From Pasteurella multocida (lineage in GTDB: Bacteria > Pseudomonadota > Gammaproteobacteria > Enterobacterales > Pasteurellaceae): DNA of 32,000 bases. The stretch lies in assembly GCF_900187275.1 (NCBI RefSeq), contig NZ_LT906458.1, forward strand, positions 1,800,001-1,832,000. Reading direction: 5' to 3'. Of this stretch, positions 22,070 through 31,632 are shown in pieces (within the stretch, counting starts at the first letter, position 1; the number at the start of each line of letters is the position of its first letter). The notes under the pieces are model-generated. The model was not told the origin of the DNA. It searched no databases and saw nothing but the letters and a program-made list of their open reading frames with translations. The position numbers and the translations under genes were made by a program.

Positions 22070-24631
22070 TTAATATTGATAACTGAGCGTAAACACATAA
22101 GTGCGACCACGCGCAAAGTTATTTAACACATTAATTGTTTTATCTGACAGATCAATATTAAATACCGATTGGCTTGCCGAGTCATTATTAGCATCTAATG
22201 GGTTGATATATCGCTTATCAAACACATTTTGCACTTCTGCTTTTAGCACCAAGTTTTTAATTGGTTCATAGCTAATCTGGAGATCAAAAATGATAGGTTG
22301 TTTTGGAATGTCCTGTGTTACCCTAATTTGTTCTTTGACTGTATCCTTCTCATCACCTGATTTTATTGCCAAAGGTTGTTTTAATACTCGCTTACTTTTT
22401 CCGTAGTACTTAGCAGTCGTACTAATATCGAGTTTGCCATCGAAAAAGCGAGTCCCTATTTCTAATGAACCATAAGATTCCGGTAACACTGAGATTTTAC
22501 TTGCGCCAAAACCTTGAAGTAATCTGTTTGTATTACTTGCACCACCAGTTCTTGCACTCCCATCAGTAAAGGAGACGGGTTGGTTATTTTTTTGTTTTGC
22601 ATACGTGAGATTGAAATAGATATTACCCATATCATAACTTATCTCTGTTTCAATCCCAGTCATTTTTACGCGTTGTGAGTAGTTCTTATGTAAAATATTT
22701 GTATCATTAAGATAGATTAATTTACCCGCAACTAACGGTTGACGATTATCTGAGTTATAAATGAAATCTTTAATATGAGTATTATAATATACCACCTTGT
22801 AGCCTAATTTATCCCTTTCGCTAAAAAGCCTATCTCGATAACCATTAATACCGAATTGTATTGTTTTGGCTGTTTCTGGTTTCAAATTGGTATTGACGCC
22901 ATAATCCCCAACACTAGAAAAAAAGACCTCTCGAATGTTGGGGGCACGATGGCTTTTAGCATAACTAATGAAAGGGGTAAATAAATCGTGAAGATGGGTA
23001 GATAATGTCACGGAATAATTATACATTTTACCTGCCGAACTATCAGGTAAGGTGAAATTCACTTCACGGCATTGCTCATGACCATCTTCCTCCTCTTTGC
23101 AGTTATGTTGTTTGAGATCATCTCGTTTTGACGTAAGCTGAAGGAGTTGTTGCTGTATCTTGGTATCTTTAAAGCGCCCTTTTATCAATTTACGAGTCAA
23201 TGCATTAATTTCATTATCCATATTAGAGAGATAATGTGGTAAATATTTTAAACGCTCCCCTTTCAAAGTATAGCGACTTAGATTGATGTTATAATCAAGG
23301 TTAAACATCTTCCAGCTAAGATGGTTGTCAACATAAAACGTGATGATATTGTGCTTCCCATTAGGCTGAAAAGTGGCTTTTCCTAAACTTTTTCTAATAC
23401 AACCTAAACCCAAACAGTCAAAGTCATAAGTTCGTTCGCCTTCTTCAAGGTTAATATTCAGTTCTTCAGAGGGATCGCGATTTTTAAAATAACGACTTTT
23501 TAAAATATGAAAACCCACGCGAGTTTTTAATGTTGCCTCAAAAGGTAAATCAAAATGGAACATGTTATTCACATCGAACGTGTCGGCTTTATTGCTTGCA
23601 ATTAATGGTGTTAACAACGTTTTACCAATAATCATGGTGCCTTCTGGATATTTCTGTGATGACACATTACGAGCAAGTAATAAGTTGAAATCAAGCCATG
23701 AGATATCAGGGAGTGCCAAATGATAATTAAATTGGTAGTTATTATTTCGAATCGAACGTCCTCCGACACGTGTTTGGTATTGTCGATAGGAAAGGGTACC
23801 TTGTTGATAACGATCACCATACTCTAATTTAGCAAGATGACTAATTGGGCGCTGACGTACATGGGTGGCATCAAATGGTGAGGTATCAGTTTGTTCTCTA
23901 TCGTTTTCATCTAAACCTGTTAAATCAATGGAACTTTCCGTCACTTTTCTGCCGCCACCGATACGATAATCTTGTGAAAGATGGCGTTCACTAAACCCAT
24001 ATAGTAAGCCTAACCAACGCTCATTTTCAAAATTTTGTTTAAAGGCGACAGCACCTAGTACTTGCGGTTCTGTGGCATTACTCCCCCATAAATATTTACC
24101 CATAAATCCCAGTTGTCGACTTTCTGCAACTAAATCTTTCACTCCAATAGTTTTAAAGTGGGCAGAACCTAACAGTGTATTTGCGCCATGGCTTCCTTCA
24201 AAAGAACCTCGATCAATTTCGACACGGCTTAAAAAACCAGGATCAATCAAACTACCAAATTGAGAGGTGCTACTATTGCGGCTCCCACTATCAGTAGAGC
24301 TTGCATAAAAAGTTTGGCTGACACCATCGATCATAGTGTTGACACGACCAAAACCTGTTCCGCCTCTTACATTGACTGATACGGTACCTGACGATTTATC
24401 AATTTGAGTGAACGAGCCTGGCACAGAACGTAATACCGAATCTAAACTCTGTGTTGCAGTTTGAAATTGTGTTCGAGTACTGCTAGCCGATTGTTTTAAG
24501 AACACTTTATCTTTTTCTTTAAACGCTTCTGTTTCTACCGAAATCACATCTAATTCTGTACTTTCTGCATAAGAATATAAAGGTAAGATTAAGGGTAAAA
24601 TATAACCCAATATTTTCTTTGATTTGTTCAT
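22070..24631 (-). CDS. TonB-dependent outer membrane receptor, possibly heme or metal related
   Basis: 853 aa; signal peptide, plug domain (LDSVLRSVPGSFTQIDKSSGTVSVNVRGGTGFGRVNTMIDGVSQTFY), barrel signatures (SYAKSHRAPNIREVFFS, VQNVFDKRYINPL). Confidence 0.9.
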   Translation of the reverse strand: MNKSKKILGYILPLILPLYSYAESTELDVISVETEAFKEKDKVFLKQSASSTRTQFQTATQSLDSVLRSVPGSFTQIDKSSGTVSVNVRGGTGFGRVNTMIDGVSQTFYASSTDSGSRNSSTSQFGSLIDPGFLSRVEIDRGSFEGSHGANTLLGSAHFKTIGVKDLVAESRQLGFMGKYLWGSNATEPQVLGAVAFKQNFENERWLGLLYGFSERHLSQDYRIGGGRKVTESSIDLTGLDENDREQTDTSPFDATHVRQRPISHLAKLEYGDRYQQGTLSYRQYQTRVGGRSIRNNNYQFNYHLALPDISWLDFNLLLARNVSSQKYPEGTMIIGKTLLTPLIASNKADTFDVNNMFHFDLPFEATLKTRVGFHILKSRYFKNRDPSEELNINLEEGERTYDFDCLGLGCIRKSLGKATFQPNGKHNIITFYVDNHLSWKMFNLDYNINLSRYTLKGERLKYLPHYLSNMDNEINALTRKLIKGRFKDTKIQQQLLQLTSKRDDLKQHNCKEEEDGHEQCREVNFTLPDSSAGKMYNYSVTLSTHLHDLFTPFISYAKSHRAPNIREVFFSSVGDYGVNTNLKPETAKTIQFGINGYRDRLFSERDKLGYKVVYYNTHIKDFIYNSDNRQPLVAGKLIYLNDTNILHKNYSQRVKMTGIETEISYDMGNIYFNLTYAKQKNNQPVSFTDGSARTGGASNTNRLLQGFGASKISVLPESYGSLEIGTRFFDGKLDISTTAKYYGKSKRVLKQPLAIKSGDEKDTVKEQIRVTQDIPKQPIIFDLQISYEPIKNLVLKAEVQNVFDKRYINPLDANNDSASQSVFNIDLSDKTINVLNNFARGRTYVFTLSYQY

Positions 24632-24684
24632 ATATTTAATTCCTTTTAAATTTCAAATCATTTAAAAAATTTGAGAGTGACAGA

Positions 24685-24713
24685 ATAGTAATATAGTTGA
24701 TAATGATTATCAA
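24685..24713 (-). promoter_or_regulatory. Candidate receptor-gene promoter with overlapping Fur-box-like site
   Basis: Minus strand TTGATA-N17-TACTAT; the -35 overlaps GATAATGATTATC (24699-24711), close to the Fur consensus GATAATGATAATCATTATC. Confidence 0.55.
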
Positions 24714-25133
24714 ACTTATTTTTGTGGTTTTTTATTTTAATAAATTAATTTTTTATGGATGATAAAATTGATGAGGAAATATCTTGTTTCAGGTTTTTAT
24801 ATATAAGTTTTCAATAAATAAAGGTAATTGATAAGGATGGTTATTAAATGAAATCGTCAGATATAAGATGAGTTTATTTTAATTTCCTTAACATGAAAGG
24901 ATGATTTATTCTTATTTAGAATAATGAGTGATATTTAATTGTTAGTATAATTTGTTTGTCTAATAAAATAGTGCTTCATTACCAACCAAATTTTAGGTTA
25001 ATAATGTATTTATTTAGCCAAATATCATTCCTTTGCTTAAATAAATTATTTTTTACAACAATATAATCTAAATTATTCATGCTATCGACGACAAGTACAG
25101 CTCATTTTAAGAAAATTGTACTTATACCATGGA

Positions 25134-26663
25134 TTATATTGCAGATAACTTCTGTAACAACCTATCCATCGCCCGATAACCCAGTGCTTCGGCGAGGTGG
25201 CATTGTTGAATTTGGCATTCATTATTTAAGTCTGCAATGGTGCGTGCTACTTTTAAAATACGATGATAGGCGCGTACGGATAACCCCAATTTAGCTAAGG
25301 CATTTTCTAAAAATAACGCATCTTGATCACTGATCTTACAGTCTCGCTCAATTTCTTTACTGGTCAAATAAGCATTAATTTTCCCCGCACGCGCCAGTTG
25401 TATGTCGCGTACTTTTAATACTTTTTCTCTCACTTGTGCGCTACTTTCGCCCCGATCTGTTTGCTGTTGTAACGCGCCTTTGGGTAGTAAAGGGACTTCG
25501 ATTGACAAATCAAAGCGATCTAAAAACGGACCGGATAAGCGATTGAGATAACGCAAGATTTGTTGTGGTGAGGTGCGATTGTGAGTACCTTGATAATGTC
25601 CCGTTGGGCTAGGATTCATGGCGGCAATTAATTGAAAACGAGCGGGGAATTGAATTTTTGCATTGGCACGCGAAATGATAATTTCACCACTTTCCAAAGG
25701 TTGACGTAAGGCATCTAATACTTTACGTTCAAATTCTGGTAACTCATCGAGAAATAACACCCCATTGTGTGCGAGCGAAATTTCACCGGGTTTGGGTATG
25801 GTGCCGCCCCCTACTAAAGCTGGTGTTGAAGCGCTGTGATGAGGGGCACGAAATGGGCGTTGTTTCCAATTATGAAAATTCAATTCATGATGAATAAGGC
25901 TTGTCACTGCGGCGGTTTCAATGGTTTCTTGATCGTTCATTTCTGGTAACAAGGTAGTTAATCGGCTGGCGAGCATGGTCTTTCCTGTACCGGGCGGCCC
26001 CAAAAAAAGCAGATTATGTTGTCCTGCGGCAGCAATGGTTAAAGCGCGTTTAGCATGGGATTGTCCGATAATATCGGTTAAATCTTTTTGTGTTGTTGCT
26101 AAAAGGGCTGGATCATGTTGTGTAGGCAGGTCTGAGGCTAAAGGTAACGTGGAATGATCATTGAGGAAATTGACGACTTCTAATAAATGTTGCGCAAAAT
26201 AGGTGTCTTGCTGGGAAACTAACGAGGCTTCATTGGCATTTTGACTGGCGATAATCAATTTCCGCTTGGCTTTTTGTGCAGCAAGGATCGCGGGGATGAC
26301 GCCATGTACTGCACGTAAATCACCGGTTAGCGCTAACTCACCCACAAATTCAAATTGTTGTAACTTTTGTGGATCAATTTGACCAGAAGCGGCGAGCATA
26401 CCAATGGCGATCGGTAAATCAAAACGTCCGCCTTCTTTGGGTAAATCGGCGGGGGCGAGATTGACCGTGATCCGTTTAGCGGGGTATTTAAATTGAGCAT
26501 TGAGCAAGGCGCTGCGTACGCGATCTTGTGCTTCTTTGACGGTTTTTTCGGGTAAGCCGACTAAGTTGAATTGCGGTTTACCATTACTGAAATGCACCTC
26601 AATGGTGACTAAAGGGGCTTGTACGCCCATTGAGGCGCGACTATAAACAATTGCAAGTGACAT
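25134..26663 (-). CDS. comM: ComM / YifB-family AAA ATPase (often annotated Mg-chelatase-like)
   Basis: 509 aa; ASMGVQAPLVTIEVHFSNGKPQFNLVGLPEKTVKEA, GPPGTGKTMLA Walker A, RPFRAPHHSASTPALVGGG, GVLFLDELPEF. Confidence 0.93.
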   Translation of the reverse strand: MSLAIVYSRASMGVQAPLVTIEVHFSNGKPQFNLVGLPEKTVKEAQDRVRSALLNAQFKYPAKRITVNLAPADLPKEGGRFDLPIAIGMLAASGQIDPQKLQQFEFVGELALTGDLRAVHGVIPAILAAQKAKRKLIIASQNANEASLVSQQDTYFAQHLLEVVNFLNDHSTLPLASDLPTQHDPALLATTQKDLTDIIGQSHAKRALTIAAAGQHNLLFLGPPGTGKTMLASRLTTLLPEMNDQETIETAAVTSLIHHELNFHNWKQRPFRAPHHSASTPALVGGGTIPKPGEISLAHNGVLFLDELPEFERKVLDALRQPLESGEIIISRANAKIQFPARFQLIAAMNPSPTGHYQGTHNRTSPQQILRYLNRLSGPFLDRFDLSIEVPLLPKGALQQQTDRGESSAQVREKVLKVRDIQLARAGKINAYLTSKEIERDCKISDQDALFLENALAKLGLSVRAYHRILKVARTIADLNNECQIQQCHLAEALGYRAMDRLLQKLSAI

Positions 26664-26702
26664 CGTTCATTCCACTGATAAAAAAGAAAACCGCTGGATA
26701 AT

Positions 26703-26743
26703 AAAAAAGTGCGTTTCCTTTGGCAGGAAGAACGCACTTTTTT
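26703..26743. terminator. Bidirectional terminator between ysxC and comM region
   Basis: AAAAAAGTGCGTT...AACGCACTTTTTT with an inner TTCCT/AGGAA extension. Confidence 0.75.
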
Positions 26744-26770
26744 ACGATCTAGATCGCAGAAACGATGTTT

Positions 26771-27388
26771 CTATTCACTCAAAACAGGGGCAAACCAACT
26801 GTCTAATTTGGCAGCAAGACGATCAATGCCCGTTTTATTTAAAGCAGAAAAGGCTTCAACTTGGACATCACCTTGGAAAGGGAGAATGGCTTCACGTACC
26901 ATTTTTACTTGTTTACTTCTTGCACTTTGGCTCAGTTTATCTGCTTTGGTGAGTAAAAGAAGAACTGGCAGCTCAGAGGCGACCGTCCATTCTATCATTT
27001 GTTGGTCTAAGTCTTTCAACGGATGACGAATATCCATTAAGATCACCACGCCAGCTAAACATTGACGTTTTTGTAGGTACTCACCGAGGGCTTTTTGCCA
27101 TTGAATTTTCATTTGTTCAGGTACCGCGGCGTAGCCATAACCGGGTAAATCCACTAAACGACATTGGGGTTCAACTTCGAATAAGTTGATTAACTGGGTG
27201 CGACCGGGGGTTTTTGAAGTACGTGCTAAACTTTTTTGGTTGGTTAAGGCATTAAGTGCGGTGGATTTTCCCGCATTTGAACGTCCCGCAAAAGCAATTT
27301 CAATGCCACTGTCTTCTGGCAAGGCACGAATATCCGGTGCACTGGTGAGAAAATGGGTTTTATGATAATTCAGTTTTATATCAGACAT
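26771..27388 (-). CDS. engB: Ribosome biogenesis GTPase YsxC/YihA
   Basis: [70 protein letters not shown]; start moved to internal Met. Confidence 0.94.
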   Translation of the reverse strand: MSDIKLNYHKTHFLTSAPDIRALPEDSGIEIAFAGRSNAGKSTALNALTNQKSLARTSKTPGRTQLINLFEVEPQCRLVDLPGYGYAAVPEQMKIQWQKALGEYLQKRQCLAGVVILMDIRHPLKDLDQQMIEWTVASELPVLLLLTKADKLSQSARSKQVKMVREAILPFQGDVQVEAFSALNKTGIDRLAAKLDSWFAPVLSE

Positions 27389-27498
27389 AGAGGCTCCTTT
27401 AAGTGTCTTAGAATACCTTATAAGCACACATAAAAAAATGAAAAAATGCCGAATTTATGCGAAAATAAGCGCTCTTTATTTCTAATTAGCTGAATTAT

Positions 27499-28368
27499 AT
27501 GACAGATAACTTTTATCAATGGCCTGATCCCATGCGTTTATATCCTGATCAGGGCAAAAAATCCTATCGTTTGAAACGTTTTCGTTTCCATTTACGTTCG
27601 TTATTGCATCAGGGCAATATTAAGCGTTTTGAACAGTTTATTAATCAGCATCCTACCTTAGCGGGGCTATTAAACAGCCGTCCTAGCTTTAGTTATCCGT
27701 TGGCACACCGTTTTTTAGACAAGCGTTTTAGCACCAAACAACGTTTTGCAGCAATTTGTGAGAATTTACGTTTTTTACCTGAAAAATTCACCGCACTTGG
27801 TCTGCCTCAGCTATGGGAAAAGGAAATGTGCTTTGGTGAGGTGATTGAGGATTTCGAGCTTTATCTGTGTCTAAATTATCATCAGGCAATGGAAGGGTAT
27901 TGGGCATTAGAACTGCGTTATAAACCGACGGGGCAATTAATTTATTTATTAACCTTTGGTAAAGTTGAACAATCATTACTTATTGCCGTGATTCAAGGTC
28001 CAAACTTTGAGGGTTCAAAAGAGTTAGTGAAAGTGTTAACGAAAAAATGTCATGGTTTACGTCCAGCCTATTTGATGGTGGAGGCGATGAAAGCACTCAC
28101 GAATGCTTTGGGGTATGACAAATTATTAGGCATTCCGCACAAGTATCAAAATAAATCTCGCTTGGTCCAAAGTAAGCGCTATGTGGTGGATTATGATGCG
28201 ATTTTTGCGGAATCGGCTGGCGAACTAAAAGATTATTGGGAATTGCCAGTGCAATTTGCGATGAAAGATATGGACAGTATTCCAAGTAACAAACGCTCTA
28301 TGTATCGTAAGCGCTATGCGATGCTTGAACAGCTACAAGCCAATATGAAGCAAACATTGCAACATTAA
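27499..28368 (+). CDS. DUF535 family protein (VirK/YbjX-like)
   Basis: 289 aa; CFGEVIEDFELYLCLNYHQAMEGYWALELRYKPTGQLIYLLTFG, IQGPNFEGSKELVKVLTKKCHGLRPAYLMVEAMKALT. Confidence 0.85.
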   Translation: MTDNFYQWPDPMRLYPDQGKKSYRLKRFRFHLRSLLHQGNIKRFEQFINQHPTLAGLLNSRPSFSYPLAHRFLDKRFSTKQRFAAICENLRFLPEKFTALGLPQLWEKEMCFGEVIEDFELYLCLNYHQAMEGYWALELRYKPTGQLIYLLTFGKVEQSLLIAVIQGPNFEGSKELVKVLTKKCHGLRPAYLMVEAMKALTNALGYDKLLGIPHKYQNKSRLVQSKRYVVDYDAIFAESAGELKDYWELPVQFAMKDMDSIPSNKRSMYRKRYAMLEQLQANMKQTLQH

Positions 28369-28378
28369 AGCCAAGAGA

Positions 28379-28408
28379 AAAGGTCGCTTAATCAAATAAG
28401 CGACCTTT
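28379..28408. terminator. Hairpin terminator between convergent genes
   Basis: AGGTCGCTTA-ATCAAA-TAAGCGACCT flanked by A-rich and TT sequences. Confidence 0.6.
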
Positions 28409-28441
28409 CTGTTAGAAAGTGCGGTGGTTTTTTCGTATTTT

Positions 28442-28918
28442 TTAACGTGGGAGATTTACCGCACCGCCGTAACCTAGTTGTCGCCATGCTTCATAGACGG
28501 CGACCGCAACGGAATTAGAGAGGTTCATGCTACGACTATTTTCCGTCATCGGAATTCGAATTTTTTGTGCCATGGGCAAGCTGTCTAAAATGGACATTGG
28601 AATTCCTCGGCTTTCTGGACCAAACATCAAATAATCCCCTAACTCAAATTGCACTTGGCTGTGTGCCGGTGAACCTTTCGTGGTTAAAGCAAATAAACGT
28701 TTTGGTTGTTCAGTGGCTAAAAATGTTTCAAAGGTTTTATGCCGTTTGATTTCGGCAAATTCATGATAATCCAAGCCAGAACGACGTAATTTCTTATCAT
28801 CCCAAGTAAAACCCAGTGGTTCAATCAAGTGTAAGCGAAAACCCGTATTAGCACATAAACGAATAATATTGCCGGTATTTTGTGGGATTTCGGGTTCGTA
28901 TAAAACAATATCTAGCAT
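28442..28918 (-). CDS. trmL: tRNA (cytidine/uridine-34 2'-O)-methyltransferase TrmL (SPOUT)
   Basis: [37 protein letters not shown]...FGPESRGIP...[28 protein letters not shown]. Confidence 0.93.
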   Translation of the reverse strand: MLDIVLYEPEIPQNTGNIIRLCANTGFRLHLIEPLGFTWDDKKLRRSGLDYHEFAEIKRHKTFETFLATEQPKRLFALTTKGSPAHSQVQFELGDYLMFGPESRGIPMSILDSLPMAQKIRIPMTENSRSMNLSNSVAVAVYEAWRQLGYGGAVNLPR

Positions 28919-29012
28919 AATTTTTGACAAAAAAAGAAAAAGTGGGCTGATTTTAGCATGATTTCTTTTTGTGTATAAAAAGGTTTCTGTGTTCAGAAGC
29001 CTTTTAAATAAC

Positions 29013-30029
29013 TTATTGTTTTTTCTCCATACCTAAAACACCCCAGTACTGCTCAGTACTACCTTGGCCGACAAGATATTTGTTTTTTTCACCATTTGTA
29101 CTATTGATGAAATGTAAGTCCATTTGGAAACGATGAGGTGATGTGGCTCCTTTTGTTAGTCTTGTTCCCGAATTAGGTAAATATTCTACAGTAGGAAAAA
29201 TTTCTACTTTACGAGGATTATTATCAAATCCAGTAATCTGAAACAATTTTTCATTCCAATGTTTAGCCAATATTTCACCATCCACTCTACCATTGTTATA
29301 TGTTAAGAATGCTCTTGCAACAGTAGGTACATTTGGAGTATCTATACTAGAGAACCAAAATTGACCTTCATAAGTCGCATTAAATTTTTGAAGGTTATCA
29401 AAATTTTCAGCTTCTTTTTTGAAAGCATAAGTATATTTATTTTCTATTCTGTTCATATCTTGAGTATCACGATAAAAACCATAATAGACATTGTCATCTA
29501 GTAAATTAAAAATATAGCTTGGTGCATTTTTATTGTCTTGATTTATGCCTAGATTAAGTTTGATATAACTAATTTCTTTTTTAAGAATCAATTTTTGATC
29601 GCTATAATCTGCATCTGGATTTGCGATTAATTCGTATGTAAATACAGCATCTTTATTATAAGAATCTTTTACTGGATTAGTTGATGTTTCTAAAAGTGTT
29701 TTGTTTACTTCGGGAATCAGAACTGGCACTTTAACAGGTTCGGCTGGTAAAGTAGCCGTTATTTGCGCTGTCGGCACGGGATTTTGTTTAGGCGCAGTAT
29801 CAATAGTCGGAGCGAGTGAGGGCGCTTTAATTGGTGTAGTTGGTGAAGTTACCACTGTTTGTATTGTTAGCGCTGGTTTTTCTGCTACTTTTTGTGCTTG
29901 TGGTATAGTTACGGTACGTTTTTCCATAGGAGAGTGAGATGGATTGTTATTACCCCCACCACCACTACAAGCGGTAATCAGAAGAGAACAAAAAACAGGG
30001 AGAGATTTTTTGATGTCAAAATACTGCAT
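29013..30029 (-). CDS. Predicted surface lipoprotein, putative Slam substrate (TbpB-like barrel)
   Basis: 338 aa; lipobox ITAC followed by SGGGGNNN, long Pro/Thr-rich linker, then a beta-rich domain ending in [15 protein letters not shown]...[18 protein letters not shown]; directly downstream of the Slam gene. Confidence 0.75.
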   Translation of the reverse strand: MQYFDIKKSLPVFCSLLITACSGGGGNNNPSHSPMEKRTVTIPQAQKVAEKPALTIQTVVTSPTTPIKAPSLAPTIDTAPKQNPVPTAQITATLPAEPVKVPVLIPEVNKTLLETSTNPVKDSYNKDAVFTYELIANPDADYSDQKLILKKEISYIKLNLGINQDNKNAPSYIFNLLDDNVYYGFYRDTQDMNRIENKYTYAFKKEAENFDNLQKFNATYEGQFWFSSIDTPNVPTVARAFLTYNNGRVDGEILAKHWNEKLFQITGFDNNPRKVEIFPTVEYLPNSGTRLTKGATSPHRFQMDLHFINSTNGEKNKYLVGQGSTEQYWGVLGMEKKQ

Positions 30030-30053
30030 GACAATTCCTTTTAAATAAAATGG

Positions 30054-31583
30054 TTAAAATGTTTTACTGAAGGTTAAATAAATCCGATTCCGGTCATATT
30101 CGGAAAAAGGATTGTTACTGGTGGTTTTTTGATATGCCCAAGTGATTTTAGGCGTGATCCCCAACCAGTGAAGACTACGATGCCAAATCGTAAAATTGAC
30201 ACCGTATTCGCGATTTTTTTGCACAACTTTAAAGAAACTCGGCGCGAAAATCATATTCTTTTCTGCTGAAGGTGCTCGATAAGTACGCGTGGCATAGCTT
30301 GTTTGTAAACGCGTTGAAATGCCTTTCGGCCATTCTTGCCCCCAACCTAGACGTATTCCTTGACGTTCAAAAGCATAGGCTTTTAGCCGGGTATTTTTTT
30401 GATAATAATCGAATCCAACAAACCAAAATTGTTGGCTATTTGGCATATATATCAGAGTATTGCTAATGGAATAGCTATTTCCATTTGAGCTTTGCCGTTG
30501 AGGTTGGATATAACGTTGTTCGGTATATTCCAGAACCGTGGAGATTTTCCAATTGGGTGTCAACCAATAATCCACGTCAAGGTTGATACCTGAGCTTTTA
30601 GAATAACGGTGTAATGTACGTGCATCCTTTGTTGCATTTTCACCGCCCACATACCAAAATTGTTCCACGAAAGGTATAAGTTTCACTTCTGTTTTGGCAT
30701 TACGGTAACCACCACCTAGATTGAGGCGAGTCGAAAACTCATCATACTTATGATTATCCCAATAATATTTTCCATTGATATCGGCACTAAATTCTGTGAA
30801 AAAGCCGTGGGCTAATGACCAATTTTTACTTAAATTAATAAAATAACTTAAACCATGTGCTTTTTCTGGTTGGCTTGAAGGGGTGAAGCCTTCCGCTTTG
30901 GTGCCTTTAGGCGGTGCATTATTGACATTGTTCTCATGCAAATAATTTACTCCGCCATACACATTCCAGCTATCGCGTTGGTTAATCGCATCAATATAGC
31001 TATCAATGAGGGTCAGTAAAGGCGCGGGTAAGTTTTCTGAACGCAGTTGGTTAAATTGTGCTTTCGCGGCTTCATTTTCACGGTTTTGCGTTAAGGCGAT
31101 AGCGAGTTGTAAGCGTGCAGGTTGTAAATTGGGCTTTTCTGCAATAATTTGGCGATATAAACGTACTGATTCACTTAATTTTCCTTGTTTACGAGCAACC
31201 ATTGCCTGTGCCCATTTTAATAACAGCGGATCAGGCGATTGTTGGGCATAAATGGGTAACAGAATTTCCGCACCGCGCATATCATTATTTTTTAATGCCG
31301 GGATTAAGGCGCGAAGCACCAAATCAGGTCTGCTAGCAAGTTGTTCAATGGTCAACGAAATTTGCTGACTGCTCGCACTTGATGTGGGTTCAGTCGGTTT
31401 CGGTTTCTGAGAAAAGAGATGCTGTTTAGGTGACGTCTGGGAAAATGTTTCATCTGGTCGGCTATTATCTACGGGGATCACAGTATTCGCCCACGCGGTG
31501 TTATAAATAACGCCAGAGAGAAAAACAAGGCGACCGAAAAAAGGTAAAAAAGTAAGCGGTTTTAAGTTTATCATTAAGTTCAT
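30054..31583 (-). CDS. Surface lipoprotein assembly modifier (Slam, DUF560-type barrel)
   Basis: 509 aa; TPR-like N-terminal part (ARKQGKLSESVRLYRQIIAEKPNLQPARLQLAIALTQNRENEAAKAQFNQLR) and a C-terminal Tyr/Trp-rich beta barrel ending SEYDRNRIYLTFSKTF. Confidence 0.88.
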   Translation of the reverse strand: MNLMINLKPLTFLPFFGRLVFLSGVIYNTAWANTVIPVDNSRPDETFSQTSPKQHLFSQKPKPTEPTSSASSQQISLTIEQLASRPDLVLRALIPALKNNDMRGAEILLPIYAQQSPDPLLLKWAQAMVARKQGKLSESVRLYRQIIAEKPNLQPARLQLAIALTQNRENEAAKAQFNQLRSENLPAPLLTLIDSYIDAINQRDSWNVYGGVNYLHENNVNNAPPKGTKAEGFTPSSQPEKAHGLSYFINLSKNWSLAHGFFTEFSADINGKYYWDNHKYDEFSTRLNLGGGYRNAKTEVKLIPFVEQFWYVGGENATKDARTLHRYSKSSGINLDVDYWLTPNWKISTVLEYTEQRYIQPQRQSSNGNSYSISNTLIYMPNSQQFWFVGFDYYQKNTRLKAYAFERQGIRLGWGQEWPKGISTRLQTSYATRTYRAPSAEKNMIFAPSFFKVVQKNREYGVNFTIWHRSLHWLGITPKITWAYQKTTSNNPFSEYDRNRIYLTFSKTF

Positions 31584-31632
31584 CTGAAAAAAGTCATTAT
31601 ATTCTGTTTATTATTGGTGTGGGCTTTTGCGA

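Noticed and set aside
25079-25294. 71 aa plus-strand ORF antisense to comM 3' end
   Set aside because: Mostly antisense to conserved coding sequence, no domain or ribosome binding site recognised.
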